From Mayamaea pseudoterrestris (lineage: Eukaryota): a stretch of 64,000 nucleotides of DNA. The DNA lies in contig BROI01000008.1 of NCBI GenBank assembly GCA_027923505.1, positions 1 to 64,000 of the forward strand, written 5' to 3'. The notes beneath the pieces are model-generated. The model did not search any database. It was given only the letters and a program-made list of their open reading frames with translations, and was not told the DNA's origin. Positions within the stretch are counted from its first letter, which is position 1. Each line of letters opens with the position of its first letter. The translations under genes and the position numbers were made by a program. Positions 1 to 14,600 of the stretch are shown here, piece by piece.

Positions 1-237
1 ACGATACAGCGCTAGAAACGGATTTTCGAAGGCGTCGACGACAGAATTGGGCGTAGTTGACGGATACTTGCGGTTCGCCAAACCACTATCAATTACGTTA
101 TCGATACATGTAGCTACGTAGTTTGCGACTGTAAGGTAATTAGCACTTGTATACCATACGTTCGGTGCATGCTGTACGTATGCTGACGCGTACGCACGAC
201 AAGCGACATCCATCGTCGTCGAGGTACACAGACTTCA

Positions 238-3200
238 TTATTCGTTCAAAACTGACCCAGAACAATCTTCCACAAACTCATCAGAGCGTAGAATGATTCG
301 AGGAGCACAAAATTTAATTGCCAGTGCATCACGGTTACTCGAGGTATAGCAGATGCCATTTGATCGTCCAGAAATGGTGCATGCAGTATTTTTAAAATAT
401 CAACAGCTGCTCCAGCCGTGTCGCTGCGGGCAAAGTCGTTGGGTGATAGATATCACACACATTTTTGGTAAAAAGATGGTTCGTTTAACTGATCCACTTG
501 AATGTTTTGGTCGCAAATATCAGCTGTTTGGTTATTCAATTGAATGTCCAAAAGACCAGGTACCAATACGGGCACAGCGCGGGCATGTCCATCGCCAGTG
601 TTCAAAAAGAAGGATCTCGAGGCGTTGCTCAAGGTGGTAGAACTGGCAAAGATTCAGATTGGTGAGCCGGAATTTAGTCGTTGCTGACGACTCATACTAC
701 AGATCACACGTGTGGAGTTACCAACGAAAAAGAACATCTTTACCGATCTTCAAAAGCAAGAGGGGTGAGAAGGGGCAGAGTTTATTTCACAGTGCACATT
801 CTCGACCAACTTATCGTAGCATGATGTTTGCAAAAAAGGGCCATGCGAATGTCGTCAAAGGACCGTTCAGTGATAAAAGCAAGGCGTGCTGCAAGTGAGA
901 CAAATGATAGATATTGACGAGGATGCAAAGTGCAGAAGTCGTCGATAGGTCCATGTCAGCTAAATTGAGATTGGTGGAGCTGAGATGTCAGGTCCAAGAA
1001 TGTTACAAGATCTTCTGGTGCGTTAAATGGTCCAGTGAAAATGACAAAGAGGAGGTGGGCAGATCCCTGACAAAGTGCTCTGGTTCTCCATCAAAACAGG
1101 AAGATCAAAGGCATTTTCGATTGTTGAGAATTGTGTGAGGCTTCATTCTACTTCCTGAAGTAATTCGGCCCATTTTCCGCGTCCCAGCGATAAGCTCGCT
1201 TCAACGGAATCCTGAAACCTTGCTAAAAACGCTGAGCAAGTTCTTTTCGTTGACTTCGAGGAGGGATGAAGAGAAAAGTGCTGGCCAACGTTCGATAGTT
1301 TGGTTGGAACATGTGTCTGGATTTATTGTTTGCAAATGCCAAAGTGAGCATGTCCACGCTGTATCGATTGCCAATATTGGGTATCCAGGCGCCGGAAAGT
1401 TAAAAAAACTTGGTTCCAAACAATCGTACAGCGTCAATGTCTTCAAGGTCGATGCAGGAGGTGTCGGTAAGCGGAGCGCAGAATGCCAAGCCGTTATCAG
1501 AAAGTCTACAGAGTTCCCTTACAGTGACTCCCATAGGCAGCGAGCAAAGTGCATCATACACATTACCTCCATTTCTAGCAGGTTTCGGTTTTAGCGCGCC
1601 AATCTGCACCGCTCCTCCCAGTGAGAAAAAGGTCGCTCTGGTCGGATTGCTGGCGCACTTGAAGTGTCAACAGCGCGTTAAAGTTGCTTGCGTATGACGA
1701 ATCAGCAGGGACGCCGACATCTTTGTCAACATGTTAGAGACTGTCCGACAAGACTGCTCTGGGCCAGAGAGCTCGCCGGCTATCATGTTAGGAAAAATCA
1801 TTCACGCTAAAAAGGCTATCACTTTTCTTAGTGGCCAAATGCAGTCACTCAGTCCATTGTCAGCCTTCGAAAGAGCTGAATTTTGGTTCTTTCGATGGGG
1901 GTTTCTTGGAGCGCGGCGCTATAATCGCTTTGCCTGCCTTCTTGCTGACACTAACAGTGCCTCTTGTCATCTTCACACCGGCCCGTACGGCAGATTTTTC
2001 CAACCTTTGGCGCCAGCATGGACTGTGCCCTTGGTCACTTTTGACGCTGGCATCAATTGTGCCCTTACCTACCCGGACGCCGACGAACGGCCGATTTCCC
2101 ACTGTGGCCACAACCGTTTTACCCGTTTGCGTTCGGAGAGTTTGCCTACCAACGGTGAGCGGTTCGTTTCACTCGGTTTGATCCGGCTTGAAGATCAGAC
2201 TGCGTTGCCATCGCCGATCCCTCGTCCTCGTCGTCAGAATCGGGAATCCATTCAGGCTGGATTCGCCCTCACCGACGGACACAGAAAACTGAGCCGACTC
2301 TGCCTCGTCGGCTTCGTTAAAACTTCTCCGTCAAAACTTATTCGAGCATCATCAAAGGATATGATAGAACGATCTAGCCCCTTGGCGACGAGGTCTCATC
2401 TTTTTGAGTCTGCGTTTCGGTAATCATGTTGACCTTCCGCGCCGATGAGACGCGGTTCCTCCATGTCAGACCAGCTCTCATGACTTGAGACAGCTCGCGA
2501 CCTGTACGAAGGCGCACGAACGGTTCTCGAAAGGTTCCTTCTTTGTCGTTCTGATTCAGCGATCCATCCTGAGGCGAAACGCGAATAACATACGATAGCT
2601 GACGGACTCGATCTGAACGATTCATCATCTCAACCCAAGCCGGCACATCCATGCGGTAGCCTTCACTAGAAAAATTCAACCAGGAGTAGTCGCGTGTCGA
2701 TCCTTCGCTAATAGCTCCGCAGTCCCTCGAGCGACTGCTGGAAGGGTCGGAATAGGTCCAGACGCTCGAAAATAACAGTGGCCGCAGCCATCCACTCTTC
2801 CTAGTGGCAGATCATCCCCTAAATATTCCTCCTCAATCATCACAACCGTCTGGTCATATGTTGTCTCGCACGAGGCGAATACAGACCGAGCAGTCGTCCT
2901 GTAATAACACGAGGTCAGCGACAAAACACACAGCCCTTGTAAATTTATGCTTGAGCTACACTTACCTCCGTATCGAGCTGATCCCGTTGGTGCAATACCC
3001 ACTTGATATTTTGGCCACTTCTTAGAAACTATGCGGAACGTTCCGCCGAACGGGCATAGTGAAGACTGCGTGTCCTTCGATCTCATTTCATCACCATCCT
3101 GGGCGCCAAAGTCGTCGCAAGTTTGAACGACAAAGTAGGCGCTTTTGGAAAGATGCGACCATTTCAACCACCAACCCTTGTGAACAGTCAAGTATCGCGT

Positions 3201-5042
3201 TTCATTACCATTTGACTTTGATTTTCCGTCATGCCGTCCAGGAAGTGCAGTTTGAATATGACAGTATCTCCATTTTTTTATGAGTGGCGAACCCACAGCC
3301 TTTGATCGAGCCTTGGCAATTTTTACTATTGTGATCGTAGCCGGTGACGAGGAAGAGCTCGCATCTTGTAGCACAACACACTCAGCTGCATACGTGATGA
3401 AGTCGCTCGGGTCATCCATCTCTTGGTTCAAAACAACCTCGCGCAGATTGACAGCGTCGCCACTGCGAACATATATCCCTTCGCCAAGTTCCGCCACGTC
3501 TTCCTCCTCAGCAATCTTTTCCTCGACTAGTTTTTCGTTCGCTTGATCTTCAGAAAACTGGCTAGTGATAAAGACTGGTAGATCAAGCTCGCTCTCTCGT
3601 CGCGCAAGTAGACTGCAACCCTGTTGTTGCTGCATCCACTGGTTAGCGGCAGGCCCTAAACCACTCTCAGCTGAGTTGCACATTTCAATCTCAACAATCT
3701 GTTTCGTCCGCTTCGTAATGCTTCTCTGTTCCGCGCTCTTCGGGAATCGTACAGCCGTCAATGTTATCGGCTGCAGTCAATACACGTTGCTGAGCTGAAA
3801 GGGTCGAATACCTGGAAGATTAATGCACCGCCAATCCAGAAAGTCCACATAAGCGCTCCACAGTGACAACGTATAAATGTGATCAAGCTTCCAGTCAATT
3901 TGCAGACCCTTGCGTCGCTGCTTGTAGAGCTCCAAATCCTCCACAATTTCTTCACCAAGTTTCGGAACAGGCTCTCCCAGTGGCGTCATGACGACGCGGT
4001 TCATACCCTCCTCGACGGGAAAGGCCATGTGCGGCTTTTCCTCCTTTTCATTGTCAGAAGATGACGCACCCTGCAAGCTGTAATGAAAATTGTTGTTCGT
4101 TGTTTTGATAAAGGCCATGGCCGCCCCAACAAAGGCGCGCTGAATGATTCCCATTTTGACTGGTTCACTCAGCTCGCAGGCAAAGTAGACGCGGCCCGTC
4201 GGAACCTTTTTCAGACGAATTTGAAACTGAAACTCAAAGCGACGCTGCTTGTCGCGCAAGTAATTGGATGTTGCCAGTGTTTCTGGAGTGGAAGCGGCGG
4301 ACGGATCATCGCAGTCGGGTGTTCGAACAAGAAGCATCATCTCACCAGTAAAGTAATCAGTTTCAAGTTTGTAGGAAGTGTTTGTATTAGGAATGATACG
4401 CTGCATGGGCCCGCAGTCAATGACAAAGAAATTTTCCAACGCCGGATGCGGCATGAACGGAATGGGTTCACTTTCAGGCGCCTCCAGGTCCAGGGTGGTG
4501 TCTGGCGTTTCTCCGTTATCTACTGGACTTTTGATTGCTGCTGGTAGTTTGTCAGGCTCTTGATCCTGTTCTTCGAGAGACTTCCGGTGATAGTAGTCGC
4601 CAATCACAAGGATGAAGATACTAGTCACCCACGCCACTGCTGTATACTCGAGCAATTTTTGCACAAGCCATGCATATTGGTTACTATATGTTCCAAATAG
4701 ATAAGCTGCGCCGATGAGTAACAGATATCGCAGACGTCCTTCCAATATGAAAACAATCCATGCGTAGCTGTTGGGTGGTGGATTGCTGGCCGTGAATCTT
4801 CTCGTCAAGATTCCAGTACACGAAGACGTACTTTTCCGTATTACTAATCCACTCGTATCGGTTGAATCTGATTCTGCATCCGAGTTTGCGTTAGGGAGGT
4901 GAGCATTGGTCCCAATTACTCCAAAGTGATTGGAATGGTTGCGCTTGAATCCCAATCGACGGCCGACGCCGCGTACTGGACGTCCAACGGCTGATAGAAC
5001 CTTGCGTGTCTTGCTCTTGGTTCGTTCAGGCATTTCGGGCAT
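238..5042 (-). pseudogene. Large DUF1769-domain + C-terminal DUF547-like protein gene, frameshifted over its 3' two-thirds (pseudogene or error-rich consensus)
   Basis: ORF 3777..5042 has two hydrophobic segments and DUF1769-type motifs (ETDYFTGEMMLLVRT, KQRRFEFQFQ, EKPHMAFP, YTLSLWSAYVDFLDW). Coding-like sequence continues in frame past the TGA at 3777-3779 (LQPITL...IVEIEMCNS), then in shifting frames: 2374-2679 (DVPAWVEMMNRSDRVRQLSY), 1860-2111 (KSAVRAGVKMTRG), ~1720-1790 (MIAGELSGPEQSCRTVSNML), ~1370-1400 (PGYPILAIDTAW) and ~850-920 (VNIYH..LQHALLL, DUF547-like). The 3' end (~238) is approximate. Confidence 0.7.
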
Positions 5043-5503
5043 GTTTTATTTAGTGTTACAGATGAGCAAGGGAGAGTCGTTGCGCCGATGCCTGCGACAA
5101 ATCGGAGACGCTTTCGTCATGGTGGAGAGAAGATTGCGATGGGCGAAGGTCATCGTGACGGTCATTGTGCGACTTGAAGTTCTACGGCACTATAGGATTG
5201 AAAGTTGATGATATCTTCAACATTCGTAGAATTGACAAGCTTCTTATTATGCCTTCTCCGATGCAAGCTGCGGGCAACGAACAGAAATTTGTTTGGGAAG
5301 GGCTGGTGGAACGCCGTTTCGTCCACGTCAAAATCGGTCTCATCTCCAAACAATCGAGGTGCGCTACCCGAGTGCGATACGGACAACCTCTGAATTGGAT
5401 CCGCTTCTTGTCCAAAGTTCCTTCATCGCCTGCTCGCCTCGCGGCAGAACTCGCTCGAAACTCGTGCCGACGAGTTGCATCAGCAGGTTCTGCGTACGTA
5501 ACC

Positions 5504-5712
5504 AGGCAATAGTACGAAACAAGTGCCAGTGCTAACAACGTCATGAGGCAATACTGTGAAACGAGTGCCAGTGATAACTACGTCACGAGGCAATAATGTA
5601 AAACAAGTGCCAGTGATAACTACGTCACAAGGCAATACTGTAAAACGAGTGCCAGTGAAAACTACGTCATAAGGCAATACTATAAAACGAGTGCCAGTGA
5701 AAAGTACATCAC
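5504..5712 (+). repeat. 42-bp minisatellite, ~5 units
   Basis: Tandem units resembling GAAACGAGTGCCAGTGAAAACTACGTCATAAGGCAATACTGT; a 14-aa period is visible in antisense ORF 5480..5677. Same family as 37738, 49811 and 63875. Confidence 0.95.
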
Positions 5713-6099
5713 GATCCTCTAGTGTCTGCTTTACTGTACTCGTCCTTTGACAATGCTTACAAGATCACCAGGCCGTTTGACAAGGAAGTAATCATCCCGT
5801 CTCCTTTCCCTATTATTTCTTGTGACAGTGACAATAGTGTGAACATGATGAAGGCACCTGAAGTGTAATTTCTAAGGAGATTCCCCGCGACTTTAATTAG
5901 AAACGGTGCGACTTTGACAGTCACGTTCCTCGTCGAAACGTCAGTCGGCGTGGAACGATCTTTGGTTCGACCATGGCCGACGAACATGTTAGATTTGGAG
6001 CGCATTCTATGGACATTCCAAGCAAATTGAATATTGTACGAATCAGTAATCCTGTCGCTTTCCAACTTTGCGAGAAAATTTCTCGGCATTAGGGGAAGA

Positions 6100-8381
6100 A
6101 TGACGTCGGAGAAGATGAATGCCCTTGGATATGCACTGCTGCAACCCCAGACGCCAGTACCTTCCGACATTGACGTGAGTCAATCCATTGTTAAGGAAGT
6201 TGGACTATTGTCAATGGAAGATTTAGCAAAGCAGTAAGTGTGACGGTTTGATGTGTTGTGATGGCGTCGTTTGATGATCTGCGAACGTTTCAAAACTCAC
6301 AACGACATTGCCCCTTATGTTTCGAAAGAATCGGTTTAGAAGCGAACGAAATCATTCCATGGGGAACCGCCAAGGCCAAGATTCCTTTATCTGTCTTGTC
6401 CAAGCGTCAAGACAATCCAAGTGGTAATTATGTCGTCGTGACTGGTATTTCTCCGACCCCGTTGGGCGAAGGCAAGTCGACGACGACGATTGGATTGGCG
6501 CAGGCGCTTGGGGCTGTCTTAGGAAGAACCACGGTCGCATGCATTCGACAGCCATCCCAGGGACCAACCTTTGGCATCAAGGGAGGCGCGGCTGGGGGAG
6601 GATATAGTCAAGTGGTGCCCATGGAGGAGTTTAATCTACACTTGACTGGCGACATTCATGCCGTCACGGCTGCCAATAACTTGCTGGCGGCGGCGATTGA
6701 ATCGCGCATGTTTCATGAGTGCGGACAGTCGGACGAGTTGCTGTTCAAGCGACTCTGCCCCAAGAATGAATTTTCACCAGTCATGAAGCGGCGACTACTC
6801 AAGCTTGGCATTATTCACAGCTTGGACGATGACAAGACACCATCCGAGTTGACTTTGGAGGAGCGCGGTCGATTCGCTCGCCTTGACGTTGATCCATCCA
6901 GTGTCACGTGGCAACGCGTCTTGGATACTTGCGATCGACACTTAAGGGTCGTGGATGTTGGAGTTGGCCCGCAGGAGACGGTCAAGAGTAAGGACGATCC
7001 CACCCAGCGCGTGCAACACTCGCGACGAACTGGCTTTGACATTACAGTGGCATCCGAAGTCATGGCGGCACTGGCGCTCGCCAAGGATTTGCCGGATTTG
7101 CGAGAAAAGCTAGGAAGCGTTGTGATTGGATACTCGCGGGCGACGAAGGAGCCCATTACTGCCGACGATCTAGGAGTGGGTGGTGCCATGACGGTGCTCA
7201 TGAAGGATGCAATCATGCCAACATTGATGCAGACGGTGGAGCGGACTCCGGTTCTTGTGCATGCTGGACCCTTTGTAAGTATTACCAGGATGCATGTGTT
7301 GCCTGGATATTTGTATCGCATTGACAGTGTCTAGACACCTCAAGATCCCTCGCTCATCGCCTCATTGTGTATTATTGAACTAACTTTTTGCAGGCGAACA
7401 TTGCCATTGGCAACTCCTCCATAATCGCTGACGTGATTGCGCTCAAGACTGTCGGGCCGGACGGCTTTTGCGTCACGGAAGCAGGCTTTGGAGCTGACAT
7501 TGGAATGGAGTGAGTATTGTGGCAAAGCATGACTCATTAATTGATTCAAAATATGTCCGTAATCTTTGCTCACTAAGCATCTCTATTTTTGTTTCAGAAA
7601 ATTCTTCAACATCAAGTGCCGCGCCTCTGGTTTGAAACCAAAGTGCGCCGTGATTGTGGCGACTGTGCGAGCTTTGAAGATGCATGGCGGCGGACCACTG
7701 GTGGCAGCCGGCAAGCCACTAGCCCGCGAATATCGCGAAGAAAATGTCGACTTGGCTACTGCTGGCACCTGCAATTTGGTGCGCCACATTGAGAATGCCA
7801 AGAGGTTTGGAGTGAATGTTGTCGTAGCTGTGAACCAGTTCCAATCGGACACAATGGCAGAGATTGACGCTGTCAAGGCGGCGGCACTGGGAGCTGGTGC
7901 GTTTGACGCCGTTGTGTCAAATCACTGGGCGGAGGGTGGGGCGGGCGCCAAGAAACTCGCCGAGGCGGTGGTCAAGGCCTGCGAAGCGAATGATGCCGAC
8001 AATTTCCGATTTCTTTATGACACTGCAAGTCTGACGATTCAAGAGAAGATTGAATGCATCTGCAAGGAAATCTATCGAGCAGACGGAGTCGACTACTCGG
8101 AGGTGTCCTTGCAGCAGATCAAGCAGTACGATGACGCTGGCTTTGGCCATTTGCCAATTTGCATTGCCAAGACGCAGTATTCCTTTAGCTGTGATGCATC
8201 CGCCAAGGGCGCACCGACGGGATTTCGCGTGCCGGTCCGGGAGGTTCGACTCTGTGCAGGCGCCGGTTTCTTGTATCCACTTTGCGGCGAAATAATGACG
8301 GTTCCAGGTCTTTCAACGCGACCAGGCTTTTACGATGTGGATATCAATTTGGATACGGGTGACGTGATTGGACTGTTTTAA
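6100..8381 (+). CDS. FTHFS: Formate-tetrahydrofolate ligase (FTHFS), 4 exons: 6100-6233, 6329-7274, 7394-7509, 7598-8381
   Basis: Hallmark motifs [92 protein letters not shown] and [11 protein letters not shown]. Three GT-AG introns (6234-6328, 7275-7393, 7510-7597) restore one reading frame. Confidence 0.97.
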
Positions 8382-8559
8382 ATCTTGCGCGGTGTAAAGT
8401 TACATCAAGCTATAATTGTTGTAGGCTAACACATTCGCTGGGCGGGGAGGTGGTAGGATCAATGGTTTTGCAAAGCCTACAACGATTTTTCGCGCTCCGC
8501 GCGCACAAACACTGCCAAACGTAAAGAAATAGATTCAATAGCTAACACGGTCATTGTGT

Positions 8560-8600
8560 GGGGTCATTGCATGGGGTCATTGCATGGGGTCATTGCATGC
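8560..8600 (+). repeat. 13-bp tandem triplication of GGGGTCATTGCAT at the left boundary of the satellite element
   Basis: Copies start at 8560, 8573 and 8586. Confidence 0.9.
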
Positions 8601-8633
8601 GCCCAAAGCTTGACATCATCCGTGTCGCAGTGC

Positions 8634-11600
8634 CACCAGTCTCAGCCCGCAGATGCCGACATTCAAACACGCCTACAGCAAGCCCTGTAGGTGTCCAAAT
8701 TACACCAGAATGGTGCCAACATCATTTTTCAGGCTGCGCTACATGATGGTAAGACTGGCTGATGTCTCAGGGGATGGCAATGTATTTGGTGACAACTTGT
8801 CACCAGTCTCAGCCCGCAGATGCCGTGACATTCAAACATCCCTAACACAAGCCCTGTAGGTGCCCAAATGACACCTGAATGGTGCCAATATCATTTTATA
8901 GGCTGCGCTACAAGATGGTAAGCTTGGATGGTGTCTCACAGGATGGCAATGTATTTGGTGACAACTTGTCACCAGTCTCAGCCCGCAGATGCCATGACAT
9001 TCGAACGCCCCTAATGCAAGCCCTGTAGGTGCCCAAATTACACCAGAATGGTGCCAACATCATTATTCAGGCTGCGCTACAAGATGGGAAGATTGGCTGG
9101 TGTCTCAGGGGATGGCAATGTATTTGGTGACAACTTGTCACCAGTCTCAGCCTGCAGATGCTGTGACATTCAAACACTCCTAACGCAAGCCCTGTAGGTG
9201 CCCAAATTACACCAGAATGGTGCCAACATCATTATTCAGTCTGAGTTACAAGATGATATTGCCTGGCTGGTGTCTCAGGGGATGGCAATGTATTTGGTGA
9301 CATCTTGTCACCAGTCTCAGCCCGCAGATGCCGTGACATTCAAACGCCCCGACAGCAAGCCCTGCAGGTGCCCAAATTACACTTGAATGGTGCCAACATC
9401 ACTATTCAGGCTGCGCTACAAGATACTATGCCTGGCTGGTGTCTCAGGGGATGGCAATGTATTTAGTGACAACTTGTCACCAATCCCAGCCCGCAGATGC
9501 CGTGACATTCAATCGTCCCTACAGCAGGCCCTGTAGGTGTCCAAATTACACCAGAATGGTGCCAACATCATTTGTTAGGATGCGCTACAAGATGATATGC
9601 CTGGCTGGTGTCTCACGGGATGGCAATGTATTTGGTGACAACCTGTCACCAATCTCAGCCCACAGATGTTGTGACATTCAAACGCCCCTACAGGAGGCCC
9701 TGTAGGTGCCCAAATTACACCAGAATGGTGACAACATCATTATGCAGTCTGAGCTACAAGATGATATGCCTGGCTGGTGTCTCAGGGGATGGCAATGTAT
9801 TTGGTGACAACTTGTCACCAATCTCAGCCCGCAGATGCTGTGACATCCAAACACACCTACAGCTGTAGGCCCTGTAGGTGCCCAAATTACACCAGAATGG
9901 TGCCAACATAATTTTTAATGCTACGCTACAAGATGATATGCATAGTTGGCGTCTCAGGGGATGGCAATGTATTTGGTGACAACTTGTCACCAGTCACAGC
10001 CCGCAGATGCCGTGACATTAAAACACTCCTAACGCAAGCCCTGTAGGTGCCCAAAATACACCAGAACGGTGCCAACATCATTATTCAGTCTCAGCTACAA
10101 GATGATATGCCTGGCTGGTGTCTCACGGGATGGCAATGTTTTGGTGACAACTTGTCACCAATCTCAGCCCACAGATGTTGTGACATTCAAACGCCCCTAC
10201 AGCAGGCCCTGTAGGTGCTCAAATTACACCAGAATGGTGCCAACATCATTTTTTGGGCTGCGCTACAAGATGATATGCATAGTGGGTGTCTTGAGGGATG
10301 GCAATGTATTTGGTGACAACTTGTCACCAGTCTCAGCCCGCAGATGCCGTGACATTCAAACGCTCCTAACGCAAGCCCTGTAGGTGCCCAAATTACACCA
10401 GAATGGTGCCAACATCATTATTCAGGCTGCGCTACAAGATGATATGCCTGGCTGGTGTCTCAGGGGATGGCAATGTATTTGGTGACAACTTGTCACCAAT
10501 CTCAGCCCGCAGATGTCGTGACATTCAAACACACCTACAGCAGGCCCTGTAGGTGCCCAAATTACACCAGAATGGTGCCAACATCATTATTCAGGCTGCG
10601 CTATAAGATGATATGCCTGGCTGGTGTCTCAGGGGATGGCAATGTATTTAGTGACAACTTGTCACCAATCCCAGCCCGCAGATGCCGTGACATTCAATCG
10701 TCCCTACAGCAGGCCCTGTAGGTGCCCAAATTACACCAGAATGGTGCCAACATCATTTGTTAGGATGCGCTACAAGATGATATGCATGGCTGGTGTCTCA
10801 GGGGATGGCAATGTATTTGGTGACAACTTGTCACCAATCTCAGCTCACAGATGTTGTGACATTCAAACGCCCCTACAGGAGGCCCTGTAGGTGCCCAAAT
10901 TACACCAGAATGGTGCAAACATCATTATGCAGTCTGAGCTACAAGATGATATGCCTGGCTGGTGTCTCAGGGGATGGCAATGTATTTGGTGACAACTTGT
11001 CACCAATCTCAGCCTGCAGATGCCGTGTCATCCAAACACACCTACAGCAGGCCCTGTAGGTGCCCAAATTACACCAGAATGGTGACAACATCATTATTTA
11101 GGCTGCGCTACAAGATGATATGCCTGGCCAGTGTCTCAGGGGATGGCAATGTATTTGGTGACAACTTGTCACCAGTCACAGCCAGCAGATGCCGTGACAT
11201 TAAAACGCTCCTAACGCAAGCCCTGTAGGTGCCCAAAATACACCAGAACGGTGCCAACATCATTATTCAGTCTCAGCTACAAGATGATATGCCTGGCTGG
11301 TGTCTCACGGGATGGCAATGTATTTGGTGACAACTTGTCACCAATCTCAGCCCACAGATGTTGTGACATTCAAACACACCTACAGCAGGCCCTGTAGATG
11401 CCCAAATTACACCAGAATGGTGCCAACATCATCTTTCCAGCTGCGCTACAAGATGATATGCCTGGCTGGTTTTTCAGGGGATGGCAATGTATTTGGTGAC
11501 AACTGGACACCAGTCTCAGCCCGTAGATGCCATGACATCCAAACACGCCTACAGCAGGCCCTGTAGGTGCCCAAATGACACCAGAATGGTGCCAACATCA

Positions 11601-14600
11601 TTTGTTAGGATGCGCTACAAGATGATATGCCTGGCTGGTGTCTCAGGGGATGGCAATGTATTTGGTGACAACTTGTCACCAATCTCAGCCCGCAGATGTT
11701 GTGACATTCAAACGCCCCTACAGGAGGCCCTGTAGGTGCCCAAATTACACCAGAATGGTGCCAACATCATTATGCAGTCTGAGCTACAAGATGATATGCC
11801 TGGCTGGTGTCTCAGGGGATGGCAATGTATTTGGTGACAACTTGTCACCAATCTCAGCCTGCAGATGCCGTGTCATCCAAACACACCTACAGCAGGCCCT
11901 GTAGGTGCCCAAATTACACCAGAATGGTGACAACATCATTATTCAGGCTGCGCTACAAGATGATATGCCTGGCCAGTGTCTCAGGGGATGGCAATGTATT
12001 TGGTGACAACTTGTCACCAGTCACAGCCAGCAGATGCCGTGACATTAAAACGCTCCTAACGCAAGCCCTGTAGGTGCCCAAAATACACCAGAACGGTGCC
12101 AACATCATTATTCAGTCTCAGCTACAAGATGATATGCCTGGCTGGTGTCTCACAGGATGGCAATGTATTTGGTGACAACTTGTCACCAATCTCAGCCCAC
12201 AGATGTTGTGACATTCAAACACACCTACAGCAGGCCCTGTAGATGCCCAAATTACACCAGAATGGTGCCAACATCATTTTTCCAGCTGCGCTACAAGATG
12301 ATATGCCTGGCTGGTTTTTCAGGGGATGGCAATGTATTTGGTGACAACTTGTCACCAGTCTCAGCCCGCAGATGACGTGACATCCAAACACGCCTACAGC
12401 AGGCCCTGTAGGTGCCCAAATTACACTTGAATGGTGCCAACATTATTTTTCAGGCTGAGCTACAAGATGATATGCCTGGCTGGTGTCTCAGGGGATGGCA
12501 ATGTATTTGGTGACAACTTGTCACCAGTCTCAGCCTGCAGATGCCGTGACATTCAAACGCCCCTACAGCAGGCCCTGTAGGTGCTCAAATTACACCAGAA
12601 TGCTGCCAACATCATTTTTCAGGCTGCGCTACAAGATGATATGCATAGTTGGCATTTTGAGGGATGGCAATGTATTTGGTGACAACTTGTCACCAGTCTC
12701 AGCCTGCAGATGCCGTGACATTTAAACGCTCCTAACGCAAGCCCTGTAGGTGCCCAAATTACACCAGAATGGTGCCAACATCATTATTCAGTCTGAGCTA
12801 CAAGGTGATATGCCTGGCTGGTGTCTCAGGGGATGGCAATGTATTTGGTGACAACTTGTCACCAGTCTCAGCCTGCAGATGCCATGACATTCAAACACGC
12901 CTACAGCAGGCCCTGTAGGTGCCCAAATGACACCTGAATGGTGCCAACATCATTATTCAGGCTGCGCTACTAGATGGTGGGCTTGGCTGGTGTCTCAGGG
13001 GATGGCAATGTATTTGGTGACAACTTGTCACCAATCTCAGCCCGCAGATGCCGTGACATTCAAACGCCCCTACAGCAGGCCCTGTAGGTGCCCAAATTAC
13101 ACCAGAATGGTGCCAACATCATTTTTTAATGCTACGCTACAAGATGATATGCATAGTTGGCGTCTTGAGGGATGGCTATGTTTTGGTGACAACTTGTCAC
13201 CAATCTCAGCCCGCAGATGCCGTGACATTCAAACACACCTACAGCAGGCCCTGTAGGTGCCCAAATTACACCAGAATGGTGCCAACATCATTTTTAATGC
13301 TACGCTACAAGATGATATGCATAGTTGGCGTCTTGAGGGATGGCAATGTTTTGGTGACAACTTGTCACCAATCTCAGCCCGCAGATGCCGTGACATTCAA
13401 ACACACCTACAGCAGGCCCTGTAGGTGCCCAAATTACACCAGAATGGTGTTACCATCATAATGCAGTCTGAGCTACAAGATGATATGCCTGGCTGGTTTC
13501 TCAGGATGGCAATGTATTTGGTGACAACTTGTCACCAATCTCAGCCCGCAGATGCCATGACATTCAAACGCCCCTACAGCAGGCCCTGTAGGTGCTCAAA
13601 TTACACCAGAATGGTGCCAACATCATTTTTTAGGCTGCGCTACAAGATGATATGCCTGGCTGGTGTCTCAGGGGATGGCAATGTATTTGGTGACAACTTG
13701 TCACCAATCTCAGCCCGCAGATGCTGTGACATCCAAACACACCTACAGCTGTAGGCCCTGTAGGTGCCCAAATTACACCAGAATGGTGCCAACATAATTT
13801 TTAATGCTACGCTACAAGATGATATGCATAGTTGGCGTCTTGAGGGATGGCAATGTTTTGGTGACAACTTGTCACCAATCTCAGCCCGCAGATGCCGTGA
13901 CATTCAAACACACCTACAGCAGGCCCTGTAGGTGCCCAAATTACACCAGAATGGTGTTACCATCATAATGCAGTCTGAGCTACAAGATGATATGCCTGGC
14001 TGGTTTCTCAGGATGGCAATGTATTTGGTGACAACTTGTCACCAATCTCAGCCCGCAGATGCCATGACATTCAAACGCCCCTACAGCAGGCCCTGTAGGT
14101 GCCCAAATTACACCAGAATGGTGCCAACATAATTTGTTAGGCTGCGCTACAAGATGATATGCCTGGCTGGTGTCTCAGGGGATGGCAATGTATTTGGTGA
14201 CAACTTGTCACCAATCTCAGCCCGCAGATGCCATGACATCCAAACACACCTACAGCAGGCCCTGGAGGTGCCCAAAATACACCAGATGCCAGAAACGCTG
14301 CTGGTGCCAACATCACTTGTCACCAATCTCCCAGTGTGCGCTACAAGACGCTGAGCTACAAGATGATATGCCCGGCTGGTGTCTCAGGGGATGGCAATGT
14401 ATTTATTGACAACTTGTCACCAATCTCAGCCCACAGATGCTGTGACATTCAAGCGCCCCTACAGGAGGCCCTGTAGGTTCTCAAATTACACCAGAATGGT
14501 GCCAACATAATTTTTTAGGCTGCGCTACAAGATGATATGCCTGGCTGGTGTCTCAGGGGATGGCAATGTATTCGGTGACAACTTGTCACCAATCTCAGCC

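Noticed and set aside
1731..2423. 230-aa plus-strand ORF
   Set aside because: It is antisense to the frameshifted DUF1769/DUF547-like gene and has no motif of its own.
3777..3779. In-frame TGA as selenocysteine or programmed readthrough
   Set aside because: It lies at the onset of a region with many other indels and stops, and there is no Cys-equivalent redox motif. Error or decay is simpler.
8560..8600. Telomeric repeat (G-rich 13-mer x3)
   Set aside because: It does not resemble TTAGGG-type repeats, is interstitial, and is better explained as a reiterated tip of the inverted repeat.
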